A DNA stretch of 64,000 nt from the NCBI GenBank assembly GCA_035258605.1, contig DATFXD010000160.1:78-64077 (forward strand), given 5' to 3'. The stretch's first letter is position 1; every line of letters starts with the position of its first letter. The notes below the pieces were generated by a model that saw nothing but the letters and a program-made list of their open reading frames with translations, was not told the DNA's origin and ran no database searches. Source of the stretch: Hyphomicrobiaceae bacterium. GTDB lineage: Bacteria; Pseudomonadota; Alphaproteobacteria; Rhizobiales; Hyphomicrobiaceae. The translations under genes and the position numbers were made by a program. Positions 10,317 to 19,748 of this stretch are shown here, piece by piece.

Positions 10317-12371
10317 ATGAGCGAGAACCGGCTCGCCCGCGAGGTTAGCCCGTACCTGCTGCAACACAAGGACAACCCGGTCCATTGGTGGGCTTGGGGA
10401 CCGGAGGCGCTGGCGGAAGCCAAGGCCACCGGCAAGCCGATCCTGCTGTCGGTCGGTTATGCGGCCTGCCATTGGTGCCACGTGATGGCGCACGAAAGCT
10501 TTGAGGATCCTGCCACGGCGGCGGTGATGAACGAGCTGTTCGTCAATATCAAGGTCGACCGCGAGGAGCGGCCTGATATCGATGCCATCTACATGCGCGC
10601 GTTGCACAACCTGGGCGAACAGGGCGGCTGGCCGCTGACCATGTTTCTCGACGCCGAGGCGCGGCCGTTTTGGGGCGGCACCTACTTTCCACCCGAGCCG
10701 CGCTATGGCCGGCCGGGCTTTACTGGCGTGCTGCGCGAGGTCGCGCGCACCTATCGAGAGGAGCCCGACAAGGTCCGTCACAATGCCGAGCTGCTGCTCA
10801 CGGCGCTGACGGCCAAGGAGCAGGCGACGGCCTCGGCGGTCATCACCGACGCTACCCTCGCCGACCTGTCGAGCAGGCTCGCGGGCGCCGTCGATGCCCG
10901 CTACGGCGGTTTGAAGGGGGCACCGAAATTTCCCCAATGGAGCGTGTTCTGGTTGCTGTGGCGCTGCGCCATTCGCTACGGCAACACGGCGGCGAGGCTC
11001 GCCGTCGATACCACGCTCACTCAGATGTGCCAGGGCGGCATCTATGACCATCTGGGCGGCGGCTTTGCACGCTACGCCGTCGACGAACGCTGGTTGGTGC
11101 CGCATTTTGAAAAGATGCTCTACGACAACGCGCTGCTGACCGACCTGCTGTGCGAGGCGGTGCGCGAGACCGGCAATCCGCTCTATGCCCAGCGCATCGA
11201 CGAAACGGTCGGCTGGCTGTTGCGCGAGATGGTGGCCGAGGGCGGCGCCTTTGCCGCCTCGCTCGACGCCGACTCGGAGGGCGAAGAGGGTAAGTTCTAC
11301 GTCTGGTCCAAGGCCGAGATCGTGGCGGTGTTGGGCGAGGCCGATGCCGAGGTGTTCGCGGCTGCCTACGACGTCAGCGACGGCGGCAACTGGGACGGTC
11401 ATACTATTCTCAACCGTCTGTCGAACCCGATGTTGGGTCGCCCGGCCGACGAAAAAGTGCTGCGCGAGTTGCGCGGCAAGCTGCTGGCGCGCCGTCAAGA
11501 GCGCATTCGCCCCGGTTGGGACGACAAGGTGCTGGCCGACTGGAACGGCCTCATGATCGCCGCGTTGGTGCATGCCGCCAAGGTCATGGACCGGCCCGAG
11601 TGGCTGACAGCGGCGGCACGCGCCTTCCATTTTGTGCTGCAAGACATGGAGGTCGGCGGCCGGCTGATGCACTGCCATCGCGCCGGCCAGGCGCGCGCAC
11701 TCGCCACCGCCAGCGACTATGCCAACATGATCTGGGCGGCGTTGCGGTTGTTCGAGGCGACCAACGAAGCAGCGTTTCTGACGGCGGCGGAACGTTGGTG
11801 TGCGGCGCTCGACCAGCACCACTGGGTCGACGGTGTCGGCGGCTACGCCTTCACCGCCGACGATACCCCAGACGTGATCGTGCGCCTGCGCGGCGCCCAG
11901 GACGATGCCACACCCAACGCCAATGCGGTGATGGTGTCGAACCTGGTGGCGCTGTTCCTACTCACGGGTAAAACCGGGTGTCTCGAGCGTGCGCGGGCGA
12001 TCCCCGAAGCATTCGCCGCCGATCTCGCCCGGAGCGCCGTCGGCCACTGCGGACTGCTGGCGGCAGCCGTCGATTTGCTGGCGCCGCAGCACGTCGTCAT
12101 CATCAAGACCGGGTCCGACCCGGAGGCGGAGCGCCTGGCGCGCGCGCCCTTACGGCTGTCGCTTCCCGGCGCGGTGCAGCAGGTCGTCCCTGTCGGTCAG
12201 ACGCCGGCTGCAGGACCCTTGGCAGGCAAAACCCCGGACGGGCAAAGGTCGACCGCCTATGCCTGCATCGGGCCACAGTGCTCGGCCCCGGTCACCGACG
12301 CCGAAGACCTGCTGGCTCTGCTGCGCACGCAGCGCGCCGCCGCTGGCGAACCGTTATCCACAGTGGATTGA
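10317..12371 (+). CDS. Thioredoxin-domain (DUF255/YyaL-like) protein with six-hairpin glycosidase-like C-terminal domain
   Basis: [52 protein letters not shown] is the hallmark DUF255 N-terminus. ATG 10317 is in frame with the long ORF. Confidence 0.85.
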   Translation: MSENRLAREVSPYLLQHKDNPVHWWAWGPEALAEAKATGKPILLSVGYAACHWCHVMAHESFEDPATAAVMNELFVNIKVDREERPDIDAIYMRALHNLGEQGGWPLTMFLDAEARPFWGGTYFPPEPRYGRPGFTGVLREVARTYREEPDKVRHNAELLLTALTAKEQATASAVITDATLADLSSRLAGAVDARYGGLKGAPKFPQWSVFWLLWRCAIRYGNTAARLAVDTTLTQMCQGGIYDHLGGGFARYAVDERWLVPHFEKMLYDNALLTDLLCEAVRETGNPLYAQRIDETVGWLLREMVAEGGAFAASLDADSEGEEGKFYVWSKAEIVAVLGEADAEVFAAAYDVSDGGNWDGHTILNRLSNPMLGRPADEKVLRELRGKLLARRQERIRPGWDDKVLADWNGLMIAALVHAAKVMDRPEWLTAAARAFHFVLQDMEVGGRLMHCHRAGQARALATASDYANMIWAALRLFEATNEAAFLTAAERWCAALDQHHWVDGVGGYAFTADDTPDVIVRLRGAQDDATPNANAVMVSNLVALFLLTGKTGCLERARAIPEAFAADLARSAVGHCGLLAAAVDLLAPQHVVIIKTGSDPEAERLARAPLRLSLPGAVQQVVPVGQTPAAGPLAGKTPDGQRSTAYACIGPQCSAPVTDAEDLLALLRTQRAAAGEPLSTVD
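12354..12362 (+). promoter_or_regulatory. Perfect DnaA box within a 13-bp palindrome
   Basis: TTATCCACA at the last codons of the DUF255 gene. ATCCACAGTGGAT (12356-12368) is a perfect palindrome. Confidence 0.4.
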
Positions 12372-12520
12372 CGACATCAGGAAATAGGATCGCCTCTTGA
12401 CCGTTGTGGCTGCGACCCGGGCCGGCAGCCCGTCCCACCGAAGCCCCTCCGGGTCATCGGCTTGACGGCATCCTGGCTTTGTCCCGCGTCCCTGTTGTCT
12501 TGCGTTCCAGGATGCCGCTT

Positions 12521-12558
12521 GCCCGCCGATCAGCGCTGGGCCCGCCGATCAGCGCTGG
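12521..12558. repeat. Perfect 19-bp tandem duplication (2 copies)
   Basis: GCCCGCCGATCAGCGCTGG occurs twice back to back. The second copy carries the stop codon of the GNAT gene (TCA at 12549-12551). Confidence 0.9.
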
Positions 12559-13262
12559 GCCCGGTGGGCCGCGATGCACGCGCTCAGCCGCCGCCGCTGC
12601 CGGCCGTCAGCATCAAAATTGTCGGGACCGAGCCACTGACGATAGGCGCGCGCCAGGGCCGGCCAGTCGCCGTCGATGATCGAGAACCAGGCGGTATCAC
12701 GGTTGCGGCCTTTGTAGACGATCGCCTGGCGGAACAGCCCCTCGTACTGGAAGCCCAGCCGCAGCGCCGCTGCCCGCGAGGGCGCATTGAGGCTGTCGCA
12801 CTTCCATTCATAGCGCCGGTACCCGAGGTCATCGAACACGCGCTGCATCATTAGGAACATGGCCTCGGTCGCCGCCGGTGTCCGCTGCAGCAGGGGTGAA
12901 TAGTTGATGCTGCCGACTTCGATCACGCCCTGCGCCGGCTCGATGCGCATGAAGGTCGCCACGCCCACCGCCCGGTCGGTCTTGGCGTCGATGATGGCAT
13001 GAAACAGGGGATCATCGGCGGCTGCCACCTGCTCGAGCCAGGCCTGGTAGGCGGCGAGCGTCGCAAACGGCTCTTGCGCCAGATAGGTCCAGTTGCGCCG
13101 CTCGGCATCCCGCGCATTGGCGGCGAACAATTCGGCGGCATGGCGGGCGGGCAGCAAGGGCTCGACCCGGCAGAAGGTGCCGACCATCGCCGTGCGTGGC
13201 GGTCGTGGCCGCGCCGTCCAATGCGGCAGGGGCCTGCCGATGGGCTGCGTCAGGTCGGCCAT
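12549..13262 (-). CDS. GNAT family N-acetyltransferase (RimJ/RimL-like)
   Basis: The block GVIEVGSINYSPLLQRTPAATEAMFLMMQRVFDDLGYRRYEWKCDSLNAPSRAAALRLGFQYEGLFRQ is typical of the Acetyltransf_3 family. Confidence 0.8.
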   Translation of the reverse strand: MADLTQPIGRPLPHWTARPRPPRTAMVGTFCRVEPLLPARHAAELFAANARDAERRNWTYLAQEPFATLAAYQAWLEQVAAADDPLFHAIIDAKTDRAVGVATFMRIEPAQGVIEVGSINYSPLLQRTPAATEAMFLMMQRVFDDLGYRRYEWKCDSLNAPSRAAALRLGFQYEGLFRQAIVYKGRNRDTAWFSIIDGDWPALARAYRQWLGPDNFDADGRQRRRLSACIAAHRAQR

Positions 13263-13322
13263 CTCTTCAATGTCCCGTCACGGCCGCCGGCGGCGCAACA
13301 GGCCACCGGTCCGGCGTTTGGC

Positions 13323-14609
13323 TTAGTTCTTGCCCGTGCTCATCGAGTTGAAGAACTCACCGTTGGTCTTGGTGGAGCGCAGCTTGTCGACCAAGAACTC
13401 GATGGCATCCATGGTGCCCATCGGATTGAGGATGCGGCGGAGCACATACATCTTTTTGAGCTGGTCGTTCGGCACCAGCAGCTCTTCCTTGCGCGTGCCG
13501 GAACGGGCGATGTCGATGGCTGGAAACACGCGTTTGTCGGATACCTTGCGGTCGAGCACGATCTCGGAGTTGCCGGTGCCCTTGAACTCCTCGAAGATCA
13601 CCTCATCCATGCGGCTGCCGGTGTCGATCAGGGCGGTGGCAATGATGGTGAGCGAGCCGCCCTCCTCGATGTTGCGGGCGGCGCCGAAAAAGCGCTTCGG
13701 CCGTTGCAGGGCATTGGAGTCGACGCCGCCGGTGAGCACCTTGCCCGAGCTCGGCACCACGGTATTGTAGGCGCGGCCCAGGCGGGTAATCGAATCGAGC
13801 AGGATCACCACATCGCGCTTGTGCTCGACCAGCCGCTTAGCCTTTTCGATCACCATCTCCGACACCTGCACGTGGCGGGTGGCCGGCTCATCGAAGGTCG
13901 AGGAGATCACCTCGCCCTTGACCGAGCGCTGCATATCCGTGACCTCTTCGGGCCGCTCATCGATCAGCAGCACGATCAGGTAGCACTCGGGATGGTTGGC
14001 CGAGATCGAGTGGGCGATGTTCTGCAGCAGCACCGTCTTGCCGGTGCGTGGCTGCGCCACGATCAGCGCGCGTTGGCCCTTGCCAAGCGGGGAGACGATG
14101 TCGATCACCCGCGCCGACAGATCCTTGATGGTGGGGTCCTCGATTTCCATCCGCAACCATTTGGTGGGATAGAGCGGGGTGAGGTTGTCGAAGTGCACCT
14201 TATGGCGCTGCTTCTCGGGATCCTCGAAGTTGATCTTGTTGACCTTGAGCAGCGCAAAATAGCGCTCGCCTTCCTTCGGGCTGCGGATCTGACCTTCAAC
14301 GGTGTCGCCCGAGCGCAGCGCAAAGCGCCGGATCTGCGAGGGTGAAACGTAGATGTCGTCGGGCCCTGGCAGATAGTTGGCATCGGGGGAACGCAGGAAG
14401 CCGAACCCGTCCTGCAGCACCTCCATCACGCCGGTGCCAATGATCTCTGTTTCTTTGGCCGCCAGCTGTTTGAGGATGGCGAACATCAGCTCCTGCTTGC
14501 GCATGGCGCTGGCGTTTTCGACCCCGGCCTCCTCGGCGAAGCTCAACAGCTCCGTCGGGGTTTTGACCTTGAGGTCCTGAAGCTTCATCTCCTTGACAAT
14601 GTCTTGCAT
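13323..14609 (-). CDS. rho: Transcription termination factor Rho
   Basis: Rho N-terminal/CSD region, Walker [26 protein letters not shown] and the RNA-binding Q/R loops. An alternative ATG lies at 14588. Confidence 0.95.
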   Translation of the reverse strand: MQDIVKEMKLQDLKVKTPTELLSFAEEAGVENASAMRKQELMFAILKQLAAKETEIIGTGVMEVLQDGFGFLRSPDANYLPGPDDIYVSPSQIRRFALRSGDTVEGQIRSPKEGERYFALLKVNKINFEDPEKQRHKVHFDNLTPLYPTKWLRMEIEDPTIKDLSARVIDIVSPLGKGQRALIVAQPRTGKTVLLQNIAHSISANHPECYLIVLLIDERPEEVTDMQRSVKGEVISSTFDEPATRHVQVSEMVIEKAKRLVEHKRDVVILLDSITRLGRAYNTVVPSSGKVLTGGVDSNALQRPKRFFGAARNIEEGGSLTIIATALIDTGSRMDEVIFEEFKGTGNSEIVLDRKVSDKRVFPAIDIARSGTRKEELLVPNDQLKKMYVLRRILNPMGTMDAIEFLVDKLRSTKTNGEFFNSMSTGKN

Positions 14610-14914
14610 GGGAAACTCTTGGGTAGGGGCTAAGCGCTGTAGCGGTGGGATGACGGAAATCGCAGCGCCAGAAGGGGAGGGGTGCGGAAGTTCAATTCCG
14701 GGAATGTCCGGCCCTCGGTAGCGACGAGCGCCTCGCGAAGGCCCCGCCCGCGCGCCGAGAAGGGCGACAAGCGGTGACGAATCGCTTTATAGCAGGTCGG
14801 CGGGAAAAGTAAAAGAGCCAGCGCATTGCCAATGCGAGATCTGTCACGCGTTGCAGCAATCCCACCCGCCATGTCGGCCACCAGGGACCCGGGCTGGGGA
14901 TCCACCGGCCAGCT
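14610..14914 (-). promoter_or_regulatory. Long rho leader with C-rich/G-poor (rut-like) tract
   Basis: 305-nt gene-less region upstream of rho. The transcribed strand reads CCGCACCCCUCCCCUUCUGGCGCUGCGAUUUCCGUCAUCCCACCGCUACAGCGCUUAGCCCCUACCC just before the start codon. Confidence 0.4.
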
Positions 14915-15337
14915 TCAAAACGGCTTCACCACCACCAGCACCACGATGGCGACCATCAGCACGGTCGGCACCTCGTTCATGACCCGATAGAATGCCGCCC
15001 GATGCTGGTTGCGATCGTCAGCGAATGCCTTGCGCCAGAAGCTGAGCGCATGGTGGTAACCGGTCAGCAGCACCACCACCAGCACCTTGGCCACCAGCCA
15101 ACCGTCCCGGTACATGCCCGCCTGCCAGGCGAGCAGGGGTCCGCTGATCCACACCACGACCATGGCGGGGTTCATGATGCTGCGCAGCAACCGGCGTTCC
15201 ATCACCTTCAACGTCTGGGAGGTGGCCGAACCCGGTGCGGCCTCGGCGTGATAGACGTAAAGGCGGGGCAGATAGAGGAGCCCGGCCATCCACGAGATGA
15301 CCGCCACCAGGTGCAGCGCCTTGAGCCAAAGCAGCAT
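14915..15337 (-). CDS. hemJ: Protoporphyrinogen IX oxidase HemJ (TIGR00701/UPF0093 family)
   Basis: 140-aa, 4-TM protein starting MLLWLKALHLVAVISWMAGLLYLPRLYVYH. The ATG at 15337 overlaps the hemE stop (TGATG). Confidence 0.8.
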   Translation of the reverse strand: MLLWLKALHLVAVISWMAGLLYLPRLYVYHAEAAPGSATSQTLKVMERRLLRSIMNPAMVVVWISGPLLAWQAGMYRDGWLVAKVLVVVLLTGYHHALSFWRKAFADDRNQHRAAFYRVMNEVPTVLMVAIVVLVVVKPF

Positions 15338-16398
15338 CAAGTTGCCCTCGGCACGGGGGCTGCGCCGCGCACCAGATCAACCAGAAGCGCCACATTATCG
15401 GGCGGGGTCTCCGGCACGATGCCGTGCCCGAGATTGAACACGAACCGCCGGCCGGCCATCGCTGCGAGGATCTCCTCGATGCGCTCTTTCAGGGCCGTGC
15501 CGCCGGCCACCAGCAGCAGCGGATCGAGATTGCCCTGTACGGTGACGCTGGCGCTTAAGCGATCGGCCATCACCGCCAATGGGATGGTGGTGTCGCACCC
15601 CACGCCATCGACCCCGGTGGCGGCAACGTAGTCGTCGACGCGGCTGCCGGCGCCGCGTGGAAAGCCGATGATCGGCAGCCCCGGATGCCGGGCCTTGAGC
15701 GCGCGCACGATGCGTTGCGTCGGTGCCACGACCCAGCGCGCAAATTCACCATCGGGCAGACTGCCGGCCCAGCTGTCGAAGATCTGCACGACATCGGCCC
15801 CGGCGTCGACCTGCCCCGCCAGGTAATCGATCGACACCTCCGACAAAAGATCGACAAGCGCCTGGAAGGAGCGCGGATCCTGGTAGGCCCACAGTCTGGC
15901 ATCGGCCTGATCGGGCGAGCCGCGCCCGCCGACCATGTAGGTTGCAACCGTCCACGGCGCACCACAAAAGCCGATGAGGGTTGTTGCATGGGGGAGGTCC
16001 TGCCTGAGCCGCGCCACGGTCTCGAACACGCGTGCGAAGGTGGGCCGAGTCGCACTGGCCCGCAAGCGACCGAGATCGGACGCCGACCGGATCGGATCGA
16101 GCCTTGGTCCTTCGCCTTCGAGGAAGCGCACCGACTGGCCGAGCGCGTCCGGCACCACCAGAATGTCGGAGAACAGGATCGCCGCATCAAAGCCGTAGCG
16201 GCGGATCGGCTGCAAGGTCACTTCGGCAGCGCGTTCGGGATCGTAGCACAGGTCGAGGAAGCTTCCCGCTTCAGCTCTGAGCGCGCGGTACTCCGGCAGG
16301 TAGCGACCGGCTTGCCGCATCAGCCAAACCGGCGGCGGGGACAGCGCCTCGCCGGCGAGTACCCGCAGCAGACGACGGTACGCGATCGATGGCGTCAT
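15337..16398 (-). CDS. hemE: Uroporphyrinogen decarboxylase
   Basis: PPVWLMRQAGRYLPEYR signature with conserved blocks to the C-terminus. ATG 16398 fits the usual N-terminus. Confidence 0.92.
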   Translation of the reverse strand: MTPSIAYRRLLRVLAGEALSPPPVWLMRQAGRYLPEYRALRAEAGSFLDLCYDPERAAEVTLQPIRRYGFDAAILFSDILVVPDALGQSVRFLEGEGPRLDPIRSASDLGRLRASATRPTFARVFETVARLRQDLPHATTLIGFCGAPWTVATYMVGGRGSPDQADARLWAYQDPRSFQALVDLLSEVSIDYLAGQVDAGADVVQIFDSWAGSLPDGEFARWVVAPTQRIVRALKARHPGLPIIGFPRGAGSRVDDYVAATGVDGVGCDTTIPLAVMADRLSASVTVQGNLDPLLLVAGGTALKERIEEILAAMAGRRFVFNLGHGIVPETPPDNVALLVDLVRGAAPVPRAT

Positions 16399-16811
16399 GG
16401 CGCTGTCCAAACGTTTTATAAAGGCTAATGGATCAAAGATTATTATTGAAGCTCTTGGCCCCTGGATTGCGCTTATTGGTCCCAAAACCATAGCATCTGC
16501 ACAGATTACCAGCGCAAGGGACGTGGGCGACCAGCGCTAGCGTGCCGCGGCGGCGCCGGACCACAAGGCGCATAGCGGCTTGAAGACAAAGGCCTGAATC
16601 GGAGGGTGCCGATACTAGGCGATCCTGGTAACATGTTGATTGTTGCTGCATGGGTCCGACAAATCGATGCTGTCCCCGGGGAAGGGCATCGGGCCCTCTG
16701 GCTGTCCCGGCGCGGCTTCCTGTGGGCGGATCTGTTGATGGCGTGTGCCCGCTGGGTACAAACTGGCACCTCAACCCGATCGGGCGAAACCACCACCCGT
16801 GTTATCCACAC
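16399..16811. other. Candidate chromosomal replication origin (oriC) region
   Basis: Lies next to hemE and marks the point where gene orientation switches from minus to plus. An AT-rich stretch spans about 16405-16510 (CCAAACGTTTTATAAAGGCTAATGGATCAAAGATTATTATTGAAGC). It holds a perfect DnaA box at 16802-16810, a TGATCCATT G-box-like site (complement of 16427-16435), and one GANTC at 16596-16600. Confidence 0.35.
16802..16810 (+). promoter_or_regulatory. Perfect DnaA box abutting the PDRP start codon
   Basis: TTATCCACA is followed by a single C and then ATG (16812). Confidence 0.5.
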
Positions 16812-17669
16812 ATGCCCCACCAGGTCCCGACCACCTTCCATCTGCACCTGATCTCGGACGCGACCGGCGAGACCTTGACCACCATGGCCAAGGCGGCAGC
16901 GGTGCAATACGCCCAGGTGCGGCCGATCGAGCACGTGCATCCCCTGGTGCGCACCAGCAAGCAGCTCGAGCGGGTTCTGAAAGAGGTGGAACAGGCGCCC
17001 GGCATCGTGCTCTATACCATCGTCAAACGCGAATTGATCGACGAGATCGAGCAGCGTTGCCGCGCCTTGAAGGTGCCCTCCTTGCACGTGCTCGAGCCGA
17101 TCATGAAGGTGTTTGAGTCCTACCTCGGCGCGCCGCAGACGCCCGTGGTCGCCGGCCAACACCTGGTCGACGCCGACTACTTCCGGCGCATCGATGCCCT
17201 GAATTTTGCCATGGCACACGATGACGGCCAGCTGCCGGAGGATTTGAGCACCGCCGACATTATTATTCTGGGCGTGTCGCGCACGTCCAAAACGCCGACC
17301 AGCATCTATCTGGCGCAACGCGGCTACAAGACCGCCAATCTGCCGCTGGTGCCCGACATCGAGCTGCCGGCGGCGCTGACCGAGCCGCATACCGCGTTCG
17401 TCGTCGGCCTGGTCGCCAGCCCGGAACGCATCGCGGAAATACGACGCAATCGCGTGCAGCTGCTGGCCGACCGCAATCTCGACGACTACGTGGATCGTAC
17501 CCGGATCGCCGCCGAGATCGCCCATTCCAAGCGGTTGTGCCTGCGCCATGGCTGGCCGGTGATCGACGTCACCCGGCGATCGGTGGAGGAGACCGCTGCC
17601 GCCATCATCCGCCTGTTGCACGATCGCCTGGAGCGGGCCGAGGTCGGGGCGGAGGGCAACGATGTCTAA
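16812..17669 (+). CDS. Pyruvate, phosphate dikinase / PEP synthase regulatory protein (PDRP, DUF299)
   Basis: HLHLISDATGETL N-terminus and the P-loop ILGVSRTSKTPTSIYLA. Confidence 0.85.
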   Translation: MPHQVPTTFHLHLISDATGETLTTMAKAAAVQYAQVRPIEHVHPLVRTSKQLERVLKEVEQAPGIVLYTIVKRELIDEIEQRCRALKVPSLHVLEPIMKVFESYLGAPQTPVVAGQHLVDADYFRRIDALNFAMAHDDGQLPEDLSTADIIILGVSRTSKTPTSIYLAQRGYKTANLPLVPDIELPAALTEPHTAFVVGLVASPERIAEIRRNRVQLLADRNLDDYVDRTRIAAEIAHSKRLCLRHGWPVIDVTRRSVEETAAAIIRLLHDRLERAEVGAEGNDV

Positions 17670-18270
17670 GGCGCGGCCGCCCCTGCTGTTGGCGTCGGCG
17701 AGCCCCTACCGGCGCCAGCTGTTGCAGGCGGCCGGGCTTTGCTTCGAGGTCTGCCCGGCCGAGGTCGACGAGGCCGCGATCAAGGGCCGCCTCCGCCGGA
17801 CCGGTACCGATGCCGGCGCGGTCGCCGCAGTGCTGGCGCGCACCAAGGCCGAGGCGGTCAGCGTCGGGCGTGCCGATGCCATCATCATCGGCGCCGATCA
17901 GGTGCTGTCGTGCGACGGGGAACTGTTCGACAAGCCCGGTGACCTTGCCGGTGCGCGCCGGCAGCTGGAGCGCCTGCGCGGCCGCCGGCATCAGCTCCAT
18001 AGCGCCGTTGCGCTTGCGGCCAACAGCCAGCTGCTGTGGCAGCACACGGCGGTGGCCAGCCTCCTGATGCGGCCATTCAGCGATGCATTTCTTGACCACT
18101 ATCTGACGGCGGTGGGGCCGGCGATCACCACCAGCGTCGGCGGTTACCAGATCGAAGGCCTCGGCATCCAGCTCTTCGACGAGGTCGATGGCGATGGCGC
18201 CACCATTATCGGCCTGCCGCTCCTGCCGTTGCTGCGGGAACTGCGGCTGCGCGGACTGATTGCGGCATGA
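17662..18270 (+). CDS. maf: Maf-like nucleoside triphosphate pyrophosphatase (septum formation protein)
   Basis: LLLASASPYRRQLL, the GADQVL block, and GGYQIEGLG near the C-terminus. Overlaps the PDRP gene by 8 nt. Confidence 0.85.
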   Translation: MSKARPPLLLASASPYRRQLLQAAGLCFEVCPAEVDEAAIKGRLRRTGTDAGAVAAVLARTKAEAVSVGRADAIIIGADQVLSCDGELFDKPGDLAGARRQLERLRGRRHQLHSAVALAANSQLLWQHTAVASLLMRPFSDAFLDHYLTAVGPAITTSVGGYQIEGLGIQLFDEVDGDGATIIGLPLLPLLRELRLRGLIAA

Positions 18271-19103
18271 GCAAGGCTTGCATCATCGGCTGGCCGGTGG
18301 CGCATTCGCGCTCACCGCTGATCCACGGCTACTGGCTGCGGCGGTATGCAATCGACGGCAGCTACGGCAAGCAGCCGGTGCCGCCGGGCGAGGTCGCAGC
18401 GTTTCTCGATCGCCTGCGGGCGCAGGGCTTTGTCGGTTGCAACGTCACCGTGCCACACAAGGAGGCGGCGCTTGCGGCCGCCCGGCGCCAATCCCCGGCG
18501 GCGCGGGCGGTCGGGGCCGCCAACACGCTGTGGTATGAGGAGGGAGAGCTGGCCTGCGACAACACCGATGCCGCCGGCTTCATGAGCCATCTGGCGGCGG
18601 CGGCGCCGGCCTTCAAGCCGGAGGCGTGCGCGCGTGCCTGTGTGTTGGGCGCCGGCGGCGCGGCGCGTGCCGTGATCTATGCCTTGCTCGGTGCCGGGGT
18701 CAAATCGGTGGCGCTCGTCAACCGCACGCCGGCACGTGCCGACCGGGTCGCCGCCTTCTTTGGGCCGCGGGTCAAGGCCTATGCCTGGTCCGATGCCAAC
18801 GCTTGCGCGCGCGAGGCCCAGATCCTCGTCAACGCCACGACCTTGGGTATGCACGGCACGCAGCCGGGTCTTGAGATCGATCTGACCGGGCTCGAGGCCG
18901 GTTCGGTGGTGGCCGACCTCGTCTACGTGCCGCTGGTGACGCCGCTGCTGGCGGCCGCCAAGGCGCGCGGCCTCGTTGCCGTCGATGGCCTTGGCATGCT
19001 GTTGCACCAGGCGGTGCCCGGGTTCGAGAAATGGTTCGGCGTGCGCCCCGAGGTGACGGCGGAGTTGCGTGCCGTGTTGATCGCCGACATCGAGCGCCAC
19101 TGA
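18267..19103 (+). CDS. aroE: Shikimate dehydrogenase
   Basis: GWPVAHSRSPLIHGYW, CNVTVPHKEAA, NTDAAGF and VLGAGGAARAV. ATGA overlap with maf. Confidence 0.9.
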   Translation: MSKACIIGWPVAHSRSPLIHGYWLRRYAIDGSYGKQPVPPGEVAAFLDRLRAQGFVGCNVTVPHKEAALAAARRQSPAARAVGAANTLWYEEGELACDNTDAAGFMSHLAAAAPAFKPEACARACVLGAGGAARAVIYALLGAGVKSVALVNRTPARADRVAAFFGPRVKAYAWSDANACAREAQILVNATTLGMHGTQPGLEIDLTGLEAGSVVADLVYVPLVTPLLAAAKARGLVAVDGLGMLLHQAVPGFEKWFGVRPEVTAELRAVLIADIERH

Positions 19104-19717
19104 TGCTGGTCGTCGGCCTCACCGGTTCGATCGGCATGGGCAAATCGACGGTTGCCGCGCGTCTGCGCGACTTGGGTATCGCCGTGTTCGATGCCGATGC
19201 GGAGGTGCACCGGCTCTATCAAGGTCCCGCGGTGAGCGTCATCGAAGCGGCATTCCCGGGTACGACCGACGGCGGCACTGTCGACCGGCAGAAGCTGTCG
19301 CAGGCGCTGCTCGCCAGCCCGGCGGATTTTGCCCGCCTGGAAGCGATCGTGCACCCGCTCGTGGTCGCGGCCGAGCGCGCCTTTCTCAAGGCGCAAGCCG
19401 CGCGCGGCGGCAAGCTGGCGGTGCTGGAAGTACCGCTGTTATTGGAAAGCGGCCGGCAACCGCGGGTCGATGCCATCATCGTCGTCACCACCAGTGCCGA
19501 ACTGCAGCGCCAGCGCGTCATGCGCCGCGCCGGCATGACCACGGCCAAGCTTGAGCAGGTGCTGCAGCGGCAGCTGCCCGACGCCGAGAAGCGGGCGCGC
19601 GCCGACTATGTCGTCGACACCAGCGGCTCTTTTGCCGAGACCGAGGCCCAGGTCGATCGGATCGTCGAATCACTGCAGGATCGGCCGGCGCGCGCATTTG
19701 CGCGGTATTGGGCGTAA
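19103..19717 (+). CDS. coaE: Dephospho-CoA kinase
   Basis: MLVVGLTGSIGMGKSTVA P-loop. The ATG shares one nucleotide with the aroE stop (TGATG). Confidence 0.9.
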   Translation: MLVVGLTGSIGMGKSTVAARLRDLGIAVFDADAEVHRLYQGPAVSVIEAAFPGTTDGGTVDRQKLSQALLASPADFARLEAIVHPLVVAAERAFLKAQAARGGKLAVLEVPLLLESGRQPRVDAIIVVTTSAELQRQRVMRRAGMTTAKLEQVLQRQLPDAEKRARADYVVDTSGSFAETEAQVDRIVESLQDRPARAFARYWA

Positions 19718-19748
19718 GCCTTGCGCGTCGACGGTGGTGGGGGGCAAC

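Noticed and set aside
16405-16520. CtrA (TTAA-N7-TTAA) sites and multiple GANTC methylation sites expected for a Caulobacter-type origin.
   Set aside because: No exact TTAA-N7-TTAA is present; the best is TTAT-N7-AATG with two mismatches. Only one GANTC was found in the intergenic region. The oriC call therefore stays low-confidence.
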